NCBI GenBank assembly: GCA_904393835.1 | Contig: CAJFNC010000009.1 | Location: 8,660-72,659 of the forward strand | Length of the DNA: 64,000 nucleotides | Reading direction: 5' to 3' | DNA from: an uncultured Ruminococcus sp. | GTDB lineage: Bacteria; Bacillota; Clostridia; Oscillospirales; Acutalibacteraceae | In this document: piece after piece, positions 57,977 through 64,000 of the stretch | Position numbering within the stretch: the stretch's first letter is position 1 | Layout of the letters: each line of letters begins with the position of its first letter | Made by a program: the position numbers and the translations under genes | The notes under the pieces: generated by a model | What the model was told of the DNA's origin: nothing | Database searches by the model: none | The model's input: only the letters and a program-made list of their open reading frames with translations

Positions 57977-58453
57977 AAATAAAACTCCCTCCTTGAAATT
58001 ATTATAATACAATTTTTAAAATCAAAATTTATACTGTCTCATCTGTCCCATCGGAATCTTCTCCTCTCCTTAATATCCTGCATTTTTTAATTGACTTAAT
58101 ATTTTCAGTGCTTGCAGTTGCCTGCAATATACTGTTAAAACTAATCATCATTAAAAGTGCTTTAACCACACTTAAATTCAGTTTTATAATGTAAAATATC
58201 TGTGTAACTAACGAAATATAGTATAAGATATTTATGCGTGTATTTTTAAATTATATATGTATTAGTTACAGCAAAAATAATAGTTTTATAAAATCAAGTT
58301 AAAATATTTTGTGTATATTTTTATAGTTATATATTAGCACGCGTGTTCTGTTTTGTCAATATATATGTGATAGTTTTTATAATATTATTTTTTAAAATTA
58401 TATTTTGCAATATTTGCTTTGTAATTGAGAAAATAACGGCGACAAATTAGGAA

Positions 58454-60868
58454 TTATATATGTTTTTTAATAATTTTTAGGGTCGGCATTTTTCTTCCCA
58501 ACATTTTTGTTTGTGTGAATTTTAATTCTGAAATAACTGTAAAAGAAACTACAATTGCAATACTGATTACGCAGGCAATAATAAGCGCCGCGATATGATT
58601 ATTTACAATACAGTAGCCTATCCGCAAAGGATCTGCTGAATATACGGCAAGGCAGGGTATGATGATAAGCACAGTGGAAAGCACCATTGTAAACATATTG
58701 CTCCGGGTAATTATTGAAGCTGCCGTAATTACAAAAGTTACAGCCAATGCCATCAGCAAATAACACAGCAAATTTGTTAACGCCGCACCGATCACGCTGA
58801 AATAAGAATTTTGCAGGTTTTCGAAAACGCAAACTATCGGTGTCGCCAAGCTGTTTGTACCGTAGGTGCTCATAAAGCGTATAAGATACGGCAGATAAAC
58901 CGCTGCGAATGACACAAAAGTAAACATAAGCAAAACCGCTGTTTTTCTGATAAAAAGTCTTGCTTTTCCGTTTACGGTCGGGCGAATCAGGTTAATCATT
59001 TTATTTTTATACTCCACCGTAAATACACACGGAACGGCTATAAGAAGCACAAGACTAAGCAGAGCAAAATCGTTCCATTCCCGTGTTTTACTAGACACAA
59101 AGGTTGAATAAATGTTCTCGTCAATGAATCTTGCATTGACGCCGCTTTCTTTTAATTCAAGCAGTCGGCTGTACTGCTCGCTGACTCTTTCAAAGGCAAC
59201 GCCCTTGCTGTTTAGGATATTTTCAATTGACTTTGACATAGCCTGCTTTGTGCTCTCAGACAACTTATCATTTTCCGCAATTTCATCAAGCCGCCTTATT
59301 AAACCGTCAAAATACTCCTGCTGTTGTGCAATATAATTTTCCTTTTCCGAGGTTATGTCTCCCTCAAGGTATTCCATATACGCTTTGTAGTCTGCGTCTG
59401 AGATTTCGGAATAAGGATAGCGCACCGTTCCGAATGAGGAAACAACTGCGAAAAGCACAAGCAAAATAAGCAAAACCGCCATTTTATTCTGTATGGTGAA
59501 TTTAAAAATCTCGCCTTTTAAAACACTCGTACTGCTGTTTATTTTGAAAAATTTTGATTTGAATTTTTCAAACAATCTTGAAAAAACGTTGGTCTTTTTC
59601 TGCTGATTTCTTCTGCAAAATACTATGCACGAAAACACAGCGCACAATACAAATACAATACCAAAAACGGCAAGCACAATCGGAACGGAAGTAACGGCAT
59701 CCGAAAATATGTTGAGGTTTAAGTAACTGCCGAAAAACTCACCGACGTTAAGTATATAAAATACATTTATATATTTGAGCAGATTTAAGTATGAATTTTG
59801 CCCAATTAATATATAGAGCAAATACTCTGCACCGACTGCTCCAAGCCCCGTAAGATACATAGCCGCAGAGCTTGAAAAACACATAAACACAAGGGCAAAC
59901 AATGCCGAAATAATGAAAATTCCGATTATCTTTGCAAGCGCAAAGAGCATTAAAAACCGACCTGTCGTTACCGAAAGAGTACAGTTGCGAAACTCGGAAA
60001 TTGACTGAATATTTACGCTTAAATCAGTACCTCCGTACAAAAATACGTTCACGATATAATCAGACGATAAGAACAGAACCGACACAAAGGCAGACAACAC
60101 AAAAAGCACCGCAAGCTTTGATATTATCGTTTTCAGTCTTCCGAATTTTGTACAACGAATCAGCGAATAAAGTCCCTTGTCACGCTCGTAACCGAAAAGG
60201 TAAATGCAAATCAAAAGCACAACGGCAATTACAAAAATATCGGTCAAGCCGTAATTTACCGTTGCCGTAAAAGCATCGGAATTTACAAGGCTTAACTCGG
60301 TCTCTTTTAAATGCGCATAATCATCGGCAGTTTTGTAAAGATTTTTGTATGAAAATGAATTTTCGTCACCAAAAATTGACGACGCCGACTGCGCGTTTGC
60401 CCTGTCATACATTTCATCAATAAAATCGGGATATGATTTTATATACTCAATCTGCTGTGAAATATCGTAAAGAAAGCTGTTTTTCCAAAAGCTATCCTCT
60501 CCCTGCGAATTCATATTAAGGGCTTTTTGATATGCTTCGGGGTTGTTCTTTCTGTACTCTTCAAGCTCTGAGGTATAGCTTTCAATAAGTTCTTCATTGT
60601 CGGCCTGCGCCATACTTTCAAGCATACCCGAAATTTCATATGCAAGCAGTTCATTGTCAACTTGCTTTTTTGCTTCATCAATCGGAATTGAGGAATACTC
60701 ATCAAGCATTTTGCCGTACTCATCGGAATAGGTAAGCCTTAAATTATTCTCATCATTATTCTGCGCTGAATAAAGCAAAAATCCGTTAACCGCAAGGCAG
60801 AGTGCAAGCACGATTAAAAATATTCTTTTGTTAAGTACCTTTTTAAATTCGTAAAAAAATAGTTTCAT
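58454..60868 (-). CDS. Large (804 aa) ABC-2-type permease, paralog 1
   Basis: Multi-TM; ERDKG...RCTKFGR and EYKNKM...NGKARL; shares SIQSIxEFxNCTL, KYxNVFY, LEGxxTxEKE and REWNxFAL with 53365-55755. Confidence 0.8.
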   Translation of the reverse strand: MKLFFYEFKKVLNKRIFLIVLALCLAVNGFLLYSAQNNDENNLRLTYSDEYGKMLDEYSSIPIDEAKKQVDNELLAYEISGMLESMAQADNEELIESYTSELEEYRKNNPEAYQKALNMNSQGEDSFWKNSFLYDISQQIEYIKSYPDFIDEMYDRANAQSASSIFGDENSFSYKNLYKTADDYAHLKETELSLVNSDAFTATVNYGLTDIFVIAVVLLICIYLFGYERDKGLYSLIRCTKFGRLKTIISKLAVLFVLSAFVSVLFLSSDYIVNVFLYGGTDLSVNIQSISEFRNCTLSVTTGRFLMLFALAKIIGIFIISALFALVFMCFSSSAAMYLTGLGAVGAEYLLYILIGQNSYLNLLKYINVFYILNVGEFFGSYLNLNIFSDAVTSVPIVLAVFGIVFVLCAVFSCIVFCRRNQQKKTNVFSRLFEKFKSKFFKINSSTSVLKGEIFKFTIQNKMAVLLILLVLFAVVSSFGTVRYPYSEISDADYKAYMEYLEGDITSEKENYIAQQQEYFDGLIRRLDEIAENDKLSESTKQAMSKSIENILNSKGVAFERVSEQYSRLLELKESGVNARFIDENIYSTFVSSKTREWNDFALLSLVLLIAVPCVFTVEYKNKMINLIRPTVNGKARLFIRKTAVLLMFTFVSFAAVYLPYLIRFMSTYGTNSLATPIVCVFENLQNSYFSVIGAALTNLLCYLLMALAVTFVITAASIITRSNMFTMVLSTVLIIIPCLAVYSADPLRIGYCIVNNHIAALIIACVISIAIVVSFTVISELKFTQTKMLGRKMPTLKIIKKHI

Positions 60869-60876
60869 AATAGTTC

Positions 60877-62073
60877 TCAGCTGTTACTTTCAAAAGTATA
60901 AATCTTTTCCGCAGTTGAAGTGTTACTCTTATCAATGTAATAAAGCGATTGTTCATCCTCTTTGTAATCAATAAAACATTGGCTGTCAAATCCTATTTCC
61001 GCGCTGAATTCAAACGGCATATTTTTGACACTTGCATTATATGATTTATCGCAGAATATAAGCTTATCAGCTTCGCTGTCATCATTTGCGGCTGAAATTA
61101 TCAGGTTTTCTTCGTCGGTTGTAAACGGCGTATAGTACTTATAACCGCCGAGAATATCCGAACAGTCGAGTATTTCGTTTTGATTTTCTCCGTTAAAATC
61201 ACTCTCGTATATTTTACTACCGTTGGCAAAAATGAGTTTGTCGTTATATACCGTAAACATTGAATTTATGTTTACTTTTAGCTTTTCGCTTAAATTTTCC
61301 CACTTGTCGGTTTGCAAATCATAATTAATCAGGTAACCGATTTCTTTTGTGCCTTCGAGCTTGGTTATCCACAAAAATATATGATTTCCGTAGAATCTGG
61401 TATCATTTACACTCATATCTTTTTGTATGCCGTATTTATAATACGGCAGCAATTCACTTGTATCTCCTTTGCCGTCTGCCGCAACTCTATACAGAGCCGT
61501 ATTGCTTCCGTCGGCGCTGCCCTCGGTATCCTTTCGGCTTCCGTCAAAATAGATATATCCTCTGTGAATTTTAAAGTTCCAAATTACATAATCCTTTGTT
61601 GAATACACAACCTCACGGTTATTTCCGTCAAGTGAGATTTTACAAATTTCGTTGAGTTCATACGTTACGCCGTCATTGTCAACCTTGTCTTCAACACATT
61701 GAAAATATAAGCAGTCGTTGTAAAAAACAAGACTTTTAAAAAATGTATTTAAAAAAGCCGAACATTTTTGTTTTTTCGCAAGCGATGTTTCCCTGTCGTG
61801 CAGGCAGTCGCTTTTTCCGCAAAGCGGCTGACACTTGTGCGTTTTTTTGTCAATCACATATAAGAAGCCGTTGTCGGTGTTAAGGTAATAGTAACTGTCC
61901 TCGCTTTCGGCATAGTATAACTGACTTTGATACCTGATAAAATTTTCCTGACTGTCCTGATTAAAAATATATTTATCGGTATTGTCAATTTTCAAATTGT
62001 TATTGCCGCAGCCCGACACTGCACTTGTAAAAAATATTGCAATAATTATTGCCGATAAAAGCCTGTTCATCAT
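60877..62073 (-). CDS. Lipoprotein, predicted beta-propeller with PLCxKxxCxH..C motif
   Basis: Lipobox VSGC, PLCGKSDCLH...KCSA, KIHRGYIYF. Confidence 0.75.
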   Translation of the reverse strand: MMNRLLSAIIIAIFFTSAVSGCGNNNLKIDNTDKYIFNQDSQENFIRYQSQLYYAESEDSYYYLNTDNGFLYVIDKKTHKCQPLCGKSDCLHDRETSLAKKQKCSAFLNTFFKSLVFYNDCLYFQCVEDKVDNDGVTYELNEICKISLDGNNREVVYSTKDYVIWNFKIHRGYIYFDGSRKDTEGSADGSNTALYRVAADGKGDTSELLPYYKYGIQKDMSVNDTRFYGNHIFLWITKLEGTKEIGYLINYDLQTDKWENLSEKLKVNINSMFTVYNDKLIFANGSKIYESDFNGENQNEILDCSDILGGYKYYTPFTTDEENLIISAANDDSEADKLIFCDKSYNASVKNMPFEFSAEIGFDSQCFIDYKEDEQSLYYIDKSNTSTAEKIYTFESNS

Positions 62074-63002
62074 TTTACCTCTGTTGTCAATTCTGCATTG
62101 ATATTGCCGTTTTCATCAAACGAAATATTCAGCTTATAATTCTCTTTTGAACCATCGTTATAGTTTACAGCAATGTCAACCGTTTCTCCTTTTAAATCGT
62201 AATAATCAAAGCTGTTTTTGCTTTTCAACGCCTTCTGCTGTGATATGTAAAACAATTTTTCATATCTGTAAATAAAGCTGTCCTGCGTTACATTATTGTT
62301 AGTTTTAACTTTTTCACCAGGAATTACAGCGTCGTCGGGTTTATCGGCAAGCTCCTTTTTAAAATTTGGATCTGCCGCTCTTTTCAGAATGTCAACCACA
62401 ACAACGGGCGAATTAATCTTTTGCTTCTTATCAAGGTAATAAAACTCGTCACAATCCTTTAAATTATCCGCTTTCCAAAGGTAAGCGTCTACGCCTGCAA
62501 TTTGTTTGCTCGGGTCTTTTCTTGTCCTCGATATTTCCATACTGGTCATACCATCAAAATAAACATTTTTTATTTCATTAAACTGCCCTGAATCCCACTT
62601 GGCGGCAAAATCAGCCATAGGATTGAAATTTTCGTCAATTTCAGACGGATTAACATAGTAATATAATGAAAACATATCTACACAGCGTGTAACCGTATCA
62701 TAATGGTCGTACAAAATTGTTTTGTTTTCACTCTTGGCAGTCACGTTTTTTATGTTTTTGCCATCAAAACAAAGGTACATATTATCAAATGTGTTTTTGT
62801 CATTCTTGTTGAAAACGAGATCTGAATTTTCGATTTTTTCTTTATTTTGTTTAATCGCAACCGATTTATTGAGTTCAAGGCTTGTGTTATTTTTTGCTGT
62901 TTCGGAGGTACCGAAATAAAAGCTTATTTCCTTGCCGCCGCACCCTGTTAATGATATAATCATCGTTATACAAATCAAAAGAAAAACAAGCTTTTTATTC
63001 AT
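62070..63002 (-). CDS. Lipoprotein of unknown function
   Basis: Lipobox LTGC; no PLC motif; beta-rich C-terminus. Confidence 0.7.
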   Translation of the reverse strand: MNKKLVFLLICITMIISLTGCGGKEISFYFGTSETAKNNTSLELNKSVAIKQNKEKIENSDLVFNKNDKNTFDNMYLCFDGKNIKNVTAKSENKTILYDHYDTVTRCVDMFSLYYYVNPSEIDENFNPMADFAAKWDSGQFNEIKNVYFDGMTSMEISRTRKDPSKQIAGVDAYLWKADNLKDCDEFYYLDKKQKINSPVVVVDILKRAADPNFKKELADKPDDAVIPGEKVKTNNNVTQDSFIYRYEKLFYISQQKALKSKNSFDYYDLKGETVDIAVNYNDGSKENYKLNISFDENGNINAELTTEVK

Positions 63003-64000
63003 ATCTGTAAACCTCTTTATATGTAAGTTTTACTCCGCTTTTCAGAATATCAGACTTTTTGACACAACACAAAACTTGTGCACCCGTTTCCAACGACTGT
63101 TGAAACCACATATAATCATCGCCGAAGGTTATCATATACATATAGTTTGCAATTTCATCGGGTACGGTAACGTATGAAATTTTCTTTCCGTTTTTGTCGT
63201 AAACTGAAATTATTTTTTCATCGGAGCTTTCATTTACAACCGACTGATTGTAAATATAAATATAGTCATCATCACAAAACACCCTGTAATTAATATCCGT
63301 ATGTGTAATATCACAACAATCGGCTCCGTCAAGTCCGGAAAAGCAAACATACTTTTTATTATCTTTGATATATGTACCAATCAACTTGCCATCGGAAAAT
63401 CCTATGAACTCGTAATCATTTTTGTCGGGCAAAATATCCGTACAGCTTCCGTCTTTAAGGTTGTATCTGACGATTTTTCTCACCGTAGAAACCTCGCCGT
63501 CAATTTCTTCCCCTTTTATTATTGTTTCATAATCATCTTTATTTTTATATCCGTTTACGGTAACATACATATATCCGTCATAAACATTGCGAAGAGTGCC
63601 CGACGCTCCGTAAATTCCGTCGAGCTGAGAAAAATCAATAAATTCCTGCTCTGATTTATCGGCAAGACTGACCCTGTAATAATTTCCCGCCTGCGTTTGG
63701 GTACTTTCATCGCTTATGCTGACAACCGACTGATAATAAAAATATCCATCGTAAACAAACCAGTCGCAAATAAATTTATCGCTGAACTCAAGCGATGTAT
63801 AGGACTGCGTACCGTCAAGCAAAGTACTTTTCAAAACAGTTACAGTATTGTCTGTTCTCTCGTTGTATTGAGCCGATAGATAGTACATTTTATCTCTGTA
63901 TATTTGAAAATTATCAAACGAAGCTTCCATATCATCAAGTCTTGCGTTACATTCGGGAAAGTCACCTGTGTGCAGACAATCGGATTTATTGCAAAGAGGA
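62995..64000 (-). CDS. PLC-motif beta-propeller protein (probable lipoprotein), 5-prime end outside the window
   Basis: The frame stays open upstream of the track's ATG to the window edge: PLCNKSDCLHTGDFPECNARLDDMEASF... Confidence 0.75.
   Translation of the reverse strand, partial: PLCNKSDCLHTGDFPECNARLDDMEASFDNFQIYRDKMYYLSAQYNERTDNTVTVLKSTLLDGTQSYTSLEFSDKFICDWFVYDGYFYYQSVVSISDESTQTQAGNYYRVSLADKSEQEFIDFSQLDGIYGASGTLRNVYDGYMYVTVNGYKNKDDYETIIKGEEIDGEVSTVRKIVRYNLKDGSCTDILPDKNDYEFIGFSDGKLIGTYIKDNKKYVCFSGLDGADCCDITHTDINYRVFCDDDYIYIYNQSVVNESSDEKIISVYDKNGKKISYVTVPDEIANYMYMITFGDDYMWFQQSLETGAQVLCCVKKSDILKSGVKLTYKEVYRYE

Noticed and set aside
58029-58151. 40-codon minus-strand ORF (MMISFNSILQATAS...) as a peptide gene
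   Set aside because: No RBS, no AgrD or double-glycine features
58203-58270. TGTAACTAA...TTAGTTACA inverted repeat
   Set aside because: Only 9 bp with a long loop in very AT-rich DNA; could be chance
103-63879. Many 60-210 aa ORFs in the track that lie antisense to or out of frame within clear genes (for example 4428-5027, 14935-15717, 39890-40519, 44111-44713)
   Set aside because: Shadow ORFs: fully overlapping well-supported genes, with no RBS or recognisable motifs
45000-64000. Calling the AT-rich accessory region a prophage, ICE or defined genomic island
   Set aside because: No integrase, transposase, relaxase, tRNA site or flanking direct repeats within the window; the compositional shift was judged by eye only

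Overview
64 kb of low-GC Firmicute chromosome, probably Oscillospiraceae/Ruminococcus-like (inferred from gene content and protein style), with most genes on the minus strand. About 1-45 kb is core housekeeping: mraZ-rsmH-ftsL-PBP, rsmD-coaD-sepIVA-like, uvrC, HPr, phoH-ybeY-dgkA-era-yqzL-recO-mutS2-rimM-trmD, ylxM-ffh-rpsP-khpA, a ClC channel, a phosphate cluster (Na/Pi symporter, pstSCAB-phoU-phoPR) with Pho boxes, an orphan TrpB2, ACP, a shikimate/Phe/Tyr operon, an EF-G paralog, ilvD and a SufC/SufB pair. About 45-64 kb is visibly AT-richer and accessory: a fluoride-riboswitch-controlled CLC-F exporter, a TetR-ABC module, and a complete Agr-type quorum-sensing system (agrB-agrA-agrC plus a 45-aa agrD that the ORF track missed, preceded by a 9-12-9 LytTR-type direct repeat). 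Directly upstream lies an uncharacterised cluster of four lipoproteins (three sharing a PLCxKxxCxH...C motif), two paralogous ~800-aa ABC permeases, one ATPase and a small Tyr-rich secreted protein. A ~110-130 bp multi-hairpin intergenic repeat with compensatory base changes occurs four times, always in the same orientation. I saw no rRNA, tRNA, CRISPR array, integrase or transposase. Start codons were adjusted by eye using RBS position, and no database searches were run.
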